A stretch of 64,000 nt of DNA, taken from positions 20,400 through 84,399 of the forward strand of contig JAVBQB010000003.1 in the NCBI GenBank assembly GCA_031549265.1, read 5' to 3'. Position numbers and translations under genes: made by a program. Positions 8,660 through 17,790 of the stretch are shown here, one piece after another. The stretch comes from Oscillospiraceae bacterium. Lineage in GTDB: Bacteria; Bacillota; Clostridia; Oscillospirales; JAVBQB01. The notes beneath the pieces were generated by a model, which saw nothing but the letters and a program-made list of their open reading frames with translations, was not told where the DNA came from and made no database searches. Positions within the stretch are counted from its first letter, which is position 1. Each line of letters opens with the position of its first letter.

Positions 8660-10459
8660 TCAAAAACTCGTGCGAATGGCTAAATCCATGCGCTCCTGCA
8701 CCATTGTCTGCCTGATCCGCTCATCCTGACGCTCGTCGAGCGACACCGGGCGGATCGGCTCATGCACCGTCATGCGCATCATCGGCTTGCGCCGGATCAG
8801 CCGGTACAGTCCCTTCGGCTCGGCAAACCGGATAGTGATCGGCACCACAGGCACGTGCGCCTTGGCCGCCAGCCGAAAGGCTCCGCGTTTAAAACCCCGC
8901 AGCGTCGTACCGTACGGCACCAGCTGACCCTCCGGAAAGAAGTGAACCACCTTGCCCTGGCGGAGCTTGAATTCCATCTCGTCAAAAAAGTATGGCATAT
9001 CGGACATCTTTTCGGGAATGGGCACGCCGCCGAGCGCGTGCACCAGCACTCCCGGAAACAGCGTGTTCAGGTTTTGGCCGATCGTCGGGAATACCGCCTT
9101 GCGCGGGAACAGCACGATCCCGACCAGCGCGCTGTCCAGCATGTGCACGTGGTTGCAGACGGTCAGCGCGCCGCGCACCTTCCAGAGATTGGTCGAGCCG
9201 CGGACGCGCACCCCCATGAACAGGCGGGTGTACAGGAACAGGACGGGCACGGCGATTGACGTGAAGATCATGCAGAAGACGCGGCTGAGCCTTCCCTTGA
9301 AATATACGTTGCCGCGCTCCTTGGTCTTGATCGCCGCGTAGACGCGCTCCATCTGGCGCACGCTGCTGTCCAGCGCATAGACATCGGCCAGCTTCGCGTA
9401 AGACGCGCGCGCGGACTCCATCTGATCCCGATTATTGAACCAGTAGTCGATCTGCCGGGCAAGATCGTCGGGGTCGCCCGCCTTGAACAGGCTCTGCTCA
9501 AAAAGGGCGAACTGGGACGTCGCGCTGCGCCTGCTGTCCGAAATGACCGGCACAAGCCCCGCGGCGATAGCCTCCAGACAGCCCAACCCCTCGATTTCAA
9601 TGTCGGACGTGTGGACGTAGAGATCGCAGGCGCGCATCAGCTCGAGCAGTTCTTCACGCGAGTAAAACCCGAACTGCGGCGGATTCGGCAGGTTCCGCGC
9701 GAGCTTCGCAAGCTTTGCCGCGCTCGGCCCCTGCCCCGCGAAGTGCAGCTGGATTCTGCCGCTGTTTTGCGACCGCATCATCGCCCGGATGAGCACATCC
9801 TGCCGTTTTTCGGGCGCCAGCCGGCCGACCATCAGGATATGGAACATCCCGTCATCAAACGGCCTCTTCGGCGGCGCCGGAAAGAAGGACGGATGCACCC
9901 CATTCGAGATTACGTGCAGCCGCATTTTGTAGTTGTGCGCCCGCAGCTCGGTCGCGATCATCCGTGAGGGACAGTGGACATGGTCGAACCGGCGATAGAA
10001 CAAAACCCTGAGCAGGAAATATGTAAAGGTCGCCATGAACGACAGCCGCCCCATCCCCACGTTGTACGTGACGTTTTCGGGCTGCATATGAAATGCGGCA
10101 ACTACCGGAATGCCGAGCTTCTTCGCGATTTTAGCCGCTGTGCTCTCCAGCGGCCAGGCCTGGTAGAGATGAACCGCGTCGCAGCCGGTTATGGCCTCGG
10201 TCAGCGTTTTCCTGTCCGGCTGGGCGAACCGCATCAGGTTCTTCCCGGCTATCCAGGTTATCAGCGGAATCCACATTTCGGGCACGTAGTACATATAGAT
10301 TCCGGTTTCCGGTGAGAATCCGCTTTTTTGAGGATCGCCCAGCGCAACCACGCGCACTGTATGCCCGTGCTCAACCAGCGTTCTCGCAAAGCAGTTCGCG
10401 GAAATTGAGGTTCCGTTATTGTTGGTTTCAAAAATCTGAACTATAAGACAAACAGTCAT
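8660..10459 (-). CDS. fusion protein: GT4-family glycosyltransferase (N) + lysophospholipid/PlsC-type acyltransferase (C)
   Basis: The third in-frame ATG (10459) lies 7 nt after GGAGG. The N-half has a GT-B/GT4 look with an EX7E motif (EIEGLGCLE). A hydrophobic segment (FCMIFTSIAVPVLFLY) follows. The C-half has HX4D (NHVHMLD) and FPEG motifs, plus GAFRLAAKAHVPVVP. Confidence 0.8.
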   Translation of the reverse strand: MTVCLIVQIFETNNNGTSISANCFARTLVEHGHTVRVVALGDPQKSGFSPETGIYMYYVPEMWIPLITWIAGKNLMRFAQPDRKTLTEAITGCDAVHLYQAWPLESTAAKIAKKLGIPVVAAFHMQPENVTYNVGMGRLSFMATFTYFLLRVLFYRRFDHVHCPSRMIATELRAHNYKMRLHVISNGVHPSFFPAPPKRPFDDGMFHILMVGRLAPEKRQDVLIRAMMRSQNSGRIQLHFAGQGPSAAKLAKLARNLPNPPQFGFYSREELLELMRACDLYVHTSDIEIEGLGCLEAIAAGLVPVISDSRRSATSQFALFEQSLFKAGDPDDLARQIDYWFNNRDQMESARASYAKLADVYALDSSVRQMERVYAAIKTKERGNVYFKGRLSRVFCMIFTSIAVPVLFLYTRLFMGVRVRGSTNLWKVRGALTVCNHVHMLDSALVGIVLFPRKAVFPTIGQNLNTLFPGVLVHALGGVPIPEKMSDMPYFFDEMEFKLRQGKVVHFFPEGQLVPYGTTLRGFKRGAFRLAAKAHVPVVPITIRFAEPKGLYRLIRRKPMMRMTVHEPIRPVSLDERQDERIRQTMVQERMDLAIRTSF

Positions 10460-10831
10460 GAGCATCCTCCCCAGCATGCTGTAAACCTATATCGCAGCCA
10501 ACTACTATCGAAGTTCAGACAACTTTTCCGTATCATTTGCTGAATGTCATTATTAACATTTAATACATACTAACTATACCATTCATATAGCACAATAGCA
10601 ACAATAAAAGCAACATACTTATTCCATACGGAATTAACACAGCCCAGCCAGAGACATTGCCGCACAGTCGCTTCGGGTAGTACCGCCTCCGGATTTTCGG
10701 GAAACCCAGAACCGGGCTCCGCGAAAACGGACAATAAAACAGCGGAAAGCATGACGCTCTGTCATACTCTCCGCAGATTTTACGCACTCCGCACCGATAT
10801 ACACAGGTACGAGCCTGTTCAGGAAATCTTA

Positions 10832-10975
10832 TTAGACCGGCTGACCGTGTTTGGTCTCGTAGGCAATAAGGACGACTTCACAGCCGCTTTTTGAGCTCAG
10901 CTCTTTTTCAAGTTTAGTGAGCTTTTCCGATTCGTCCTGCGACAGGTGGGCAAGCTCTCCGCTTCTGCTGCACAT
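10832..10975 (-). CDS. small hypothetical protein (47 aa)
   Basis: ATG at 10975 lies 8 nt after GGAGGT (10984-10989). Protein is MCSRSGELAHLSQDESEKLTKLEKELSSKSGCEVVLIAYETKHGQPV. No family recognised. Confidence 0.35.
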   Translation of the reverse strand: MCSRSGELAHLSQDESEKLTKLEKELSSKSGCEVVLIAYETKHGQPV

Positions 10976-11300
10976 ACGCTTTACCTCCATAGAAATATAG
11001 CGTATTATGCGCAAAATTACGAATATTATCCGCAAACACCCGGAGGATATTTTCCGCTACATCCTTTTCAGCCGATTCCTCAAACAGGGTACCACGCCCG
11101 CAAAACCTCGGATATTTCAGCTTATTCGAAAACAAGTCGTCCGGTGCCTCTCGGCTTGTCCGAAGCACTCAGAGCAGGGTATGATGAATCTAGTCGAAAT
11201 ATCAATACAATTTGTAGTAATTCCACCGCGGTATACTTCCAGGACCCATATTCGTGGCAATCAGTCAGTTTACGCCGCGGAACCGGCCGCGAACAAGCCC

Positions 11301-12407
11301 TCAGGAGCGCGCCGATCCGTCATGGATTACCCTGTTGCGGCCCTGCTCTTTGGCGGCGTAGAGATGGGTATCCACGTATTTGACAAACTCAGAATACGAG
11401 ATCCCCTTGCGGTATTCGCTGACGCCGCAGCTGACGGTCAGCGGCTGGCCGTGCTCCCACTGCGCGCGCGTCATGGCCTCGCGGAACTTTTCAATCGTCG
11501 CCAGCGCCTGGCTAATGCTCTGTTCCTTGAATATGATCAGAAACTCCTCGCCGCCGTACCTGCCGAGCAGGTCGTTCTCGCCGAGGCACTTGCCTATCAC
11601 CCTGGTCAGCATGATCAGCACGTGGTCGCCGCAGAGGTGGCCGTAATCATCGTTGACCTTCTTGAAGTGGTCGATATCCAGCAGGCAGAGCGTCAGCGGG
11701 TGACCATCGTCGTAAGACTTGCGCATCTCCTCGTCGAGGCACGAGGTCAGCATACGGCGGTTATATATCCCCGTAAGCGGGTCGGTGACCGACAGGCGCT
11801 CGAGCTGCTTTACGAGGTCTTCGGCTTTCAGCTTGGCGATCCGGTATCTGGATAGCACAATTACCGCAAGCCCCTCGGTAATAAAGAAGCTGACGGCCAG
11901 ACCTATCATGAGATCAATGTACTGCGAATCGCGGTCGGGATAGGGTACGACAATCGCGGGGTACAGCATCTCCAGAAAAATAAATGTGCAGAACATAACC
12001 GGGATAAGCAGCAGAAGGGCAATGCGAAGTTTGCCGTGCAGCATAATGACGACGACAAAGCCCGCGAGGATCACGTAGGGCAGCGTCGACCCCGTCACGC
12101 CGCCTGTCGAAAACCAGAGAAAGGGGAAAAGTATAAAAACCGCGTAGAAAACGACCAGCAGCGCGGGCCCGTTCCACCTCTTGGTCACAATCGAATACGC
12201 GATGCAGCAGATATCGAGAACAATGTTGAGCAGCGGCACGAGAATTGTGACGAAGTTAAACCCCAGAGACATGTTTCCGACTATGCCGATCAGCGCCATA
12301 AGTATGCCTGAGGCAGAAATGCAGAAAAAAGTGGTCTGCTCAAGCGAGATTTCATTATTTTTTATACTGTTGAATATACTAAATATTCTGTTAACCAGTT
12401 CTCTCAA
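11301..12407 (-). CDS. diguanylate cyclase with multi-TM N-terminal sensor (canonical GGEEF)
   Basis: TTG start at 12407, 8 nt after GGGAG. About six hydrophobic helices, then GGDEF-domain motifs: DPLTGIYNRR, LLDIDHFKKVNDDYGHLCGD, RYGGEEFLIIF, AAKEQGRNRV. Confidence 0.85.
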   Translation of the reverse strand: MRELVNRIFSIFNSIKNNEISLEQTTFFCISASGILMALIGIVGNMSLGFNFVTILVPLLNIVLDICCIAYSIVTKRWNGPALLVVFYAVFILFPFLWFSTGGVTGSTLPYVILAGFVVVIMLHGKLRIALLLLIPVMFCTFIFLEMLYPAIVVPYPDRDSQYIDLMIGLAVSFFITEGLAVIVLSRYRIAKLKAEDLVKQLERLSVTDPLTGIYNRRMLTSCLDEEMRKSYDDGHPLTLCLLDIDHFKKVNDDYGHLCGDHVLIMLTRVIGKCLGENDLLGRYGGEEFLIIFKEQSISQALATIEKFREAMTRAQWEHGQPLTVSCGVSEYRKGISYSEFVKYVDTHLYAAKEQGRNRVIHDGSARS

Positions 12408-12970
12408 ATCGACACTCCCATATAATCACGTAGCCAAACTTAAATGTAATATGACAATGATCAGTTTATCAATAATCGCCGGTTGAGTGAATGCCCCTCC
12501 CTCGGCCAGTGTGTTTTATATCGAATAATTCTTCGGAATAGTGAGCGGCGAACTCCTTACTGCCGCTTCGGTGAGGACAATAATAACATATGAATTTGCT
12601 TATTTCAAGAGTCAACTCCACGCTTAGCCGAATCAACCAAATGATTCATATCTAAAAGGCCAATAATAACAATGCCGCCGCTGTCCATTATTAGTTTTAT
12701 GACGCATTAACCAGAAATGTTGATGCATATTGTAAATTATTGTCCAATTTCACAATTGCGCGTTTTTACGGATTTTTGAATGTGAAACAACGCGGAATAT
12801 TAGTGTACTCGTTTTGTATGCTTTAGGCCGCAATTCTCGACCTAAATCAGAATATGAGTGACATTTCGCATCCGTTGCCATTTTTCCGGATGTGCGGCGG
12901 CATTTTGTCTTTATGGCCGGTTTTATGTAAAATTACGTCCAATTTTGACAATTTTTTTCTGCCCTGACAC

Positions 12971-12999
12971 TTGTATAGTGGCGCTTCAGGTGCTATACT
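12971..12999 (+). promoter_or_regulatory. candidate promoter for the VOC-family gene
   Basis: TTGTAT (12971-12976), 17-nt spacer, TATACT (12994-12999), about 55 nt upstream of the GTG at 13056. Confidence 0.4.
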
Positions 13000-13055
13000 C
13001 GTCTTGCCGGATATGTCCGGCGTCAACAAAAAAACAATATAAAGGAGCGGTTTTC

Positions 13056-13484
13056 GTGTATTTTTCACTGTTTATCAACTTTGAGGGCGAATGTAAAGAG
13101 GCTCTGGATTTTTACGCGAAGGTTTTCAAATCCGAGGCGCAGGGGGTCATGCTCTACAGCGAAATGCCGCCCGATCCGAATTACACTGTCCCGGACGCGG
13201 ACAAAGGCAAAATCATGTATTCCTCAATCAATATTTTCGGCTGTAACGTCATGTTCTGCGACATTCCCAGCGGTATGCCGCTCGTGAAAGGCAGCAACAT
13301 CAGCCCCACACTCAGCACATGCGACAGGGATGAAATTACGCGCATATTCGGTGAGCTCAGCCAGGGCGGCCAGGTTGATATGGAGCTTCAGCAAACCTTC
13401 TGGAGCGGCCTTTACGGCATGGTGACCGACAAGTACGGCATTACCTGGCAGCTTTCCCTCGAAGCGGACCAGGGCTGCAAGTAA
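13056..13484 (+). CDS. VOC/glyoxalase-fold protein, PhnB-like
   Basis: GTG at 13056 is preceded by AAAGGAG (13041-13047). N-terminus VYFSLFINFEGECKEALDFYAKVF and C-terminal FWSGLYGMVTDKYGITWQL are typical of the PhnB / 3-demethylubiquinone methyltransferase-like VOC family. The longer ORF from 12858 has no RBS. Confidence 0.7.
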   Translation: MYFSLFINFEGECKEALDFYAKVFKSEAQGVMLYSEMPPDPNYTVPDADKGKIMYSSINIFGCNVMFCDIPSGMPLVKGSNISPTLSTCDRDEITRIFGELSQGGQVDMELQQTFWSGLYGMVTDKYGITWQLSLEADQGCK

Positions 13485-13543
13485 ACGGAAATCGTCCGTA
13501 CCCGCGAGCTTGGCGGCGCTTTGACCGCACAGGAGGAAACCGC

Positions 13544-14218
13544 ATGGGCGACAACACCGCGCTGTATAAAAAACTGATGCTGGACAAGCTCCGCCGGAGA
13601 CTCATTCTCGCGAAGCCTCCGGGTTATACCCTGCTGGACGGCGCCGGATTTGACGACGCTCGTACGCATGAAAGCTTTGACCTTGTTTTTCAGTTTGTGG
13701 CCGATCTTGACGATCTGGAACGGGCGGTGCGCGGCGCGTCGGATCAAGACCTGATCGCTGACGGCGGCTATCTGTATCTCGCGTATCCAAAAAAAGGAAA
13801 CAAGGCGAAGCTCCGGCACATTAACCGCGACGACATAGCCGACCGCTTCGGACTTGACCACGGCGACGGCTTTGTCACCGGCACCCGCCTTAAATTCTCC
13901 AAAATGGTCAGCCTTGACGAAACCTACACCGTTGCCGGCCTGCGGCACTTCAAGAGCCCGGATTATAAAGCGCCAAAGCCCGCCTGTAGTACCGACGACT
14001 ACGCCGGAAGAATCCCGGAACTGCGCGAGGCTCTGTCGGCCATACCGGAAATACTGGCGCTGTTCGACAGGCTGACGCCCGGCTACCGGAAGGATTGGGC
14101 GCGGTATGTCTACAGCGCAAAAACCGGCGCGACGACCGAAAAGCGGCTGGCGGAGATGGCCTGCATCCTGTCCGAGGGTTACAAATCAAAGGATCTCCAC
14201 AGGCAACGGAAGAAATAA
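13544..14218 (+). CDS. YdeI/OmpD-associated (OmdA) domain protein with DUF3052-like N-terminal half
   Basis: ATG after AGGAGG. The C-terminal TPGYRKDWARYVYSAKTGATTEKRLAEMACIL matches my memory of the YdeI/OmdA family. The N-half (LYLAYPKKGNK...SLDETYTVAGLR) resembles DUF3052. Confidence 0.55.
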   Translation: MGDNTALYKKLMLDKLRRRLILAKPPGYTLLDGAGFDDARTHESFDLVFQFVADLDDLERAVRGASDQDLIADGGYLYLAYPKKGNKAKLRHINRDDIADRFGLDHGDGFVTGTRLKFSKMVSLDETYTVAGLRHFKSPDYKAPKPACSTDDYAGRIPELREALSAIPEILALFDRLTPGYRKDWARYVYSAKTGATTEKRLAEMACILSEGYKSKDLHRQRKK

Positions 14219-14249
14219 CGCTGCTTGCCCTTTTACCGCGCGGCGGAGT

Positions 14250-14300
14250 AACAACGCACGAACACTGACGGGCAACCGGCCGTCCAGTTCGTGCGTTGTT
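14250..14300. terminator. hairpin between convergent genes (probable terminator)
   Basis: Perfect 14-bp stem: AACAACGCACGAAC (14250-14263) and GTTCGTGCGTTGTT (14287-14300). The U-tract is weak (TTTCGCG). Confidence 0.45.
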
Positions 14301-14379
14301 TCGCGTGATTGCGGAGTTTTTTTCTCTGACGCACGGCAGAAGTTCGCGTATTCGGCCGGTCTTTGCGACAGCAGGGTTT

Positions 14380-15501
14380 TTACTTCATCGCGTTTTTCAG
14401 CGCGGCATGGATGCCCTCGTATGTCTGCGGGCCTTGCAGTACGGACGTTATCACACCGTTTTTGTCAATAACGTATGTTATTGGGATAAATGCGATCTGA
14501 TACGCGAGGCTCGCTTCATTATCATTTTCTATCGCGGCGGTGAAGTTATATCCGTTGTCCTTCACAAAGCCGGACACGATATCCAGACTCTCGCCGCCCA
14601 CCCCGATTATGAGGAACTCAACATCGCCGCTAAACTCACCGATCGCCTTTTGAATATCCCCACGCTCGGAGACGCAGGAGGGACACCATGTCGCCCAGAA
14701 ATTGAGGAATATCGGTTTGCCCTTGAAGTCGGACAGCTTCTTGACGCTGCCGTCGGCCTGCGTGAAGCTGAAATCGGGCGCGCGGTTGTCGGCGTTGATC
14801 CCGACCGGGAGGTCGACAGGAGGCTGTACCGCGCTGGTCAGCGCCATGTTGAGCCCGACATCCAGCGTGGACAGCACTCTGTCCCGGGTCAGCGCGCCCT
14901 GGCCGATCAGGACATTTACCAGCGGCTCGCCGATGCCCTTCTTCTTGGCCAGCAGGGAGTTATAGGAGAGCAGCACCATCTGGTCGCGCAGGAACGTCTG
15001 CTTCATCTCGGCGATCTGCTTGTCGCTGAGCAGATAGATGTTCTTTGCAAGCGTGTACGGGTCCTCCCATGTGAAATCGCCCGCGTCCTCGCTATATCCC
15101 AGCGCCCTGAGAACAAAAGTGCAGTATTGCTGGCCGTTGACGTCGGAAACGCCGTATTTATCCGGACTCATCCCCGTCGTCAGCTTGTTTGTGTACAGAT
15201 ACGCGATATATGTGTCCGCCCATTTGGGCACGTCGGTAAACGGGTGCGCGCTCTTTCCCGCGTTGTAATCCGCTATGGCCTGCGCTTCCTTGCCCATCAG
15301 CCTTATAAGCATGACGGCGGCCTCCACCCTGGTCGCGGATCGGTCGAGCTCAAACCCGGTCGTGCCTCCGGCGAAAAGTCCGAGCGTTTTCAGCGTGTTT
15401 GCCTGGCTCGTGTGCTTCGGCGCGTAGGCCGACGCCGGCACGACAAATATCACCGAGACCGCCATTACGAGCGCGAGCAGTACGCAGCATCTTCTGGTCA
15501 T
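14380..15501 (-). CDS. secreted TlpA/ResA-like thiol-disulfide oxidoreductase with SLH-like N-terminal repeats
   Basis: Signal peptide MTRRCCVLLALVMAVSVIFVVPASA. SLH-like segments: LGLFAGGTTGFELDRSATRVEAAVMLIRLMG and FTDVPKWADTYIAYLY. C-terminal thioredoxin fold with FLNFWATWCPSC. Confidence 0.8.
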   Translation of the reverse strand: MTRRCCVLLALVMAVSVIFVVPASAYAPKHTSQANTLKTLGLFAGGTTGFELDRSATRVEAAVMLIRLMGKEAQAIADYNAGKSAHPFTDVPKWADTYIAYLYTNKLTTGMSPDKYGVSDVNGQQYCTFVLRALGYSEDAGDFTWEDPYTLAKNIYLLSDKQIAEMKQTFLRDQMVLLSYNSLLAKKKGIGEPLVNVLIGQGALTRDRVLSTLDVGLNMALTSAVQPPVDLPVGINADNRAPDFSFTQADGSVKKLSDFKGKPIFLNFWATWCPSCVSERGDIQKAIGEFSGDVEFLIIGVGGESLDIVSGFVKDNGYNFTAAIENDNEASLAYQIAFIPITYVIDKNGVITSVLQGPQTYEGIHAALKNAMK

Positions 15502-15545
15502 AAAATATCACTCCAATCTGACTGGCCTGATCACTGATTATATCT

Positions 15546-16406
15546 TCACTTGCCTGATCTTACAGAATTCTTTGCGGAGTTTGTCCAAGGCATCAGTCCG
15601 CGCTTTTTGATCGCGCCGCAGGGGCAGTCGGGCGCGCACTTTCCGCATCTCATACATTCGGAATCATTGACAATTTTAACGTCGAGCAAGCAGGACGACG
15701 CGCACTTGCCGCAGCGGCTGCATTTGTCCCCATCCAGCCGGACGCCGAAGATCGCGACCCGGTTAAACAGCGAATAAATCGCGCCGAGCGGGCAGATAAA
15801 CCTGCAAAACGGACGGAACATCAGCACCGACGCGAGCACCGTCACAGCCAGTATCGCGGCCTTCAACGCGAACAGCCAGCCGAGCGTTGCCTGGAGTCCC
15901 GGGTTCGCGGCCAGCAGCGGCAGTCCTGCCTCCAGCGTTCCCGCTGGGCAGATGTACGCGCAAAACGCGGGCACGCCGACGCCGTTTGTGAAAAGGAACA
16001 TCAGCGGCAGCGCGAGGACGAACACGGCGAGGACTGCGTATTTCAGTTTGGAGAGTTTTCGCGTCAGGCCGCTCTTTCCGAGCTTGGGCGACGGTATTTT
16101 GTAAAGCAGCTCCTGAATAAATCCGAACGGGCACACCCAGCCGCACACGGCCCGGCCCGCCAGCGCGCCCACAAACATCAGAACGCCGACCACGTAAAAC
16201 GAGAATAGGAACTGAATATTGGATACTACCGCCTGCAAAGCGCCGATCGGGCACGAGCCCAGAGCGCCGGGACAGGAATAGCAGTTGAGCCCCGGGACGC
16301 AGACCGCCTTTAGCGGCCCCCGGTAGAGCTTGCCGGATATGAACCCGGTGACGTGAGCGTTCATGACAATCGCCGACACCAGACCCGTTATATATCGCTT
16401 AACCAA
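15546..16406 (-). CDS. membrane 4Fe-4S binding protein, NapH/MauN-like polyferredoxin
   Basis: Hydrophobic helices carry the motifs CYSCPGALGSCP, CGWVCPFG, CAYICPAG and CRFICPLG (CX3CP type). C-terminal ferredoxin motifs CSRCGKCASSC and CMRCGKCAPDCPCG. TTG start at 16406 overlaps the upstream stop; an alternative ATG lies 14 codons in. Confidence 0.8.
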   Translation of the reverse strand: MVKRYITGLVSAIVMNAHVTGFISGKLYRGPLKAVCVPGLNCYSCPGALGSCPIGALQAVVSNIQFLFSFYVVGVLMFVGALAGRAVCGWVCPFGFIQELLYKIPSPKLGKSGLTRKLSKLKYAVLAVFVLALPLMFLFTNGVGVPAFCAYICPAGTLEAGLPLLAANPGLQATLGWLFALKAAILAVTVLASVLMFRPFCRFICPLGAIYSLFNRVAIFGVRLDGDKCSRCGKCASSCLLDVKIVNDSECMRCGKCAPDCPCGAIKKRGLMPWTNSAKNSVRSGK

Positions 16407-16542
16407 TACCGATGCACTCCAGACAGACGGTTATTGACTTCCGTAGCACGTCCGCGGCCTCTCCGCGCAGCACTCCGAACAGAATGAACGCCGCCGAGGC
16501 AATCAGCATCAAAACCGCGGGCAAATTTGATCTCTTAATCAC
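16399..16542 (-). CDS. small membrane CXXC peptide, CD1871A-family-like (47 aa)
   Basis: GTG at 16542 lies about 10 nt after AGGGAG. Protein is VIKRSNLPAVLMLIASAAFILFGVLRGEAADVLRKSITVCLECIGIG: one TM helix plus a terminal CLEC...GIG tail, as I recall for the CD1871A family. It overlaps the next gene by 8 nt. Confidence 0.6.
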   Translation of the reverse strand: MIKRSNLPAVLMLIASAAFILFGVLRGEAADVLRKSITVCLECIGIG

Positions 16543-17077
16543 GTTAATCCGCAGCTCCCTGTCGGTTATTTGGCGACGTTGACGGTTGCGGCTCGCCGGA
16601 AAATTTGTGGCGCTGACCGTGACCGCTTTTGTACTACAGTACAGTTTTTGAGCCCGAAAGTCAAGGTATCCGGCCAATTACGGCAGAGATTGACAAGAGG
16701 CGCATCCCCGGCTTGCCTGATTCCCAACAAATTTTGTGGGAATATGCGGCTTTAGATTCCGCCGCAATATATCGATATTATTATTGGATTGCTAACAATT
16801 GTCCCAGTTTTATTTGTGATTTAATGCCGTTACAGCAATAATTCAATACTTATTTGTCGCCAATCTGGAGCCCGCAAAAAAACTACCCGCTATTATCCGT
16901 ATAGGTAGTATCAATTTGGCAAGACTTGTTGTAAAATCTAAGCTGTGAGATAATGCGCGGTTCGCGGTAACGGACGCCGCCCGGCAGTCAGCCGGTGTTT
17001 TTTTCCGATTGCCCGCGCTCTGTTCTATTTCCGGTGAACCGGAAGTATACTGTTCCCGAAAGAAGTGTGAGTTTTCC

Positions 17078-17674
17078 ATGATTAGAAAGAGTATTCTGGC
17101 GGCCGCGCTGGTGCTGGCGATATCCGCCGCGCTGCTGACCGGCTGTTCGGGCGCCGAACCTTCGATCAACGACGCCATTCCCCCGGTTGAGCACCTGGCT
17201 CCCGACAGCGCGGGCTCCGAGACGATCACCGAGCCCGATTCCCCGCTCGCGCCCGAGCCCTCGCCGAGCGACGAGCTGCGGTCTGTCGCCGTGGAGATAT
17301 GGAACCTCAGCAACGCCGAACGCGCCAAGGCCGGACTCGAACCCTTCCAGTGGAACGAGACGCTCTATCAGGCCGCCTGCGAACGCGCCGGCGAGCTGCC
17401 GGTCAAATTCGGCCACGCACGGCCGGACGGCTCCGAGTTCTGGTCGGTTCTCGTTGAGCACGAGCTCGCCTTTTCATCCGCCGGAGAAAATATCGCGATG
17501 GGGCACGACTCCGCCGCGAAAATAGTCGAAGCCTGGATGAATTCGCCCGGGCACAAGGCCAATATCCTCGGCAACTTCAAGGCGCTCGCCCCCGCCGTGG
17601 TTAAATGCCCGGACGACAGCAAGTACAGGGGCTACGCGTCGGTTCAGCTGTTCTATACTCCCCAGTCTCAGTAA
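17078..17674 (+). CDS. CAP/SCP (PR-1-like) domain lipoprotein
   Basis: ATG at 17078. Lipobox LLTGCSG. CAP-domain signatures VEAWMNSPGHKANILGNF and YASVQLF. Confidence 0.8.
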   Translation: MIRKSILAAALVLAISAALLTGCSGAEPSINDAIPPVEHLAPDSAGSETITEPDSPLAPEPSPSDELRSVAVEIWNLSNAERAKAGLEPFQWNETLYQAACERAGELPVKFGHARPDGSEFWSVLVEHELAFSSAGENIAMGHDSAAKIVEAWMNSPGHKANILGNFKALAPAVVKCPDDSKYRGYASVQLFYTPQSQ

Positions 17675-17679
17675 TTTTT

Positions 17680-17721
17680 GCGGCGGCGCCCGCCGGTACG
17701 GGCCCCGCCGCTGTTTTTTTT
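17680..17721 (+). terminator. rho-independent terminator
   Basis: GCGGCGG ... CCGCCGC stem followed by T8 (17714-17721), immediately after the stop at 17674. Confidence 0.7.
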
Positions 17722-17790
17722 CATATTGCAGTGGTAAGCCAGGCATCCACGTGATAAAATACTACAATTATATTATTTGCGAGGCTGTTT

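Noticed and set aside
10478-10831. Small ORFs (10560-10787, 10570-10752) in the AT-rich spacer upstream of the glycosyltransferase fusion gene.
   Set aside because: They overlap each other in different frames, lack an RBS and sit in promoter-type AT-rich DNA. I treat this as intergenic.
12858-13055. 5' extension of the VOC-family ORF, which would give a 208-aa protein.
   Set aside because: The extension is Cys/Phe-rich with no homology signal and crosses a promoter-like element. AAAGGAG followed by GTG at 13056 gives the normal roughly 140-aa PhnB-like size.
16926-17004. Possible promoter (TTGTTG-17-GATAAT with an upstream TG) followed by a short hairpin CCGGC-AGTCA-GCCGG and T7. It looked like a tiny sRNA or attenuator upstream of the CAP lipoprotein gene.
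   Set aside because: The stem is only 5 bp, the leader matches no riboswitch class I know, and a regulatory logic for a CAP-domain gene is unclear. It is worth checking in RNA-seq only.
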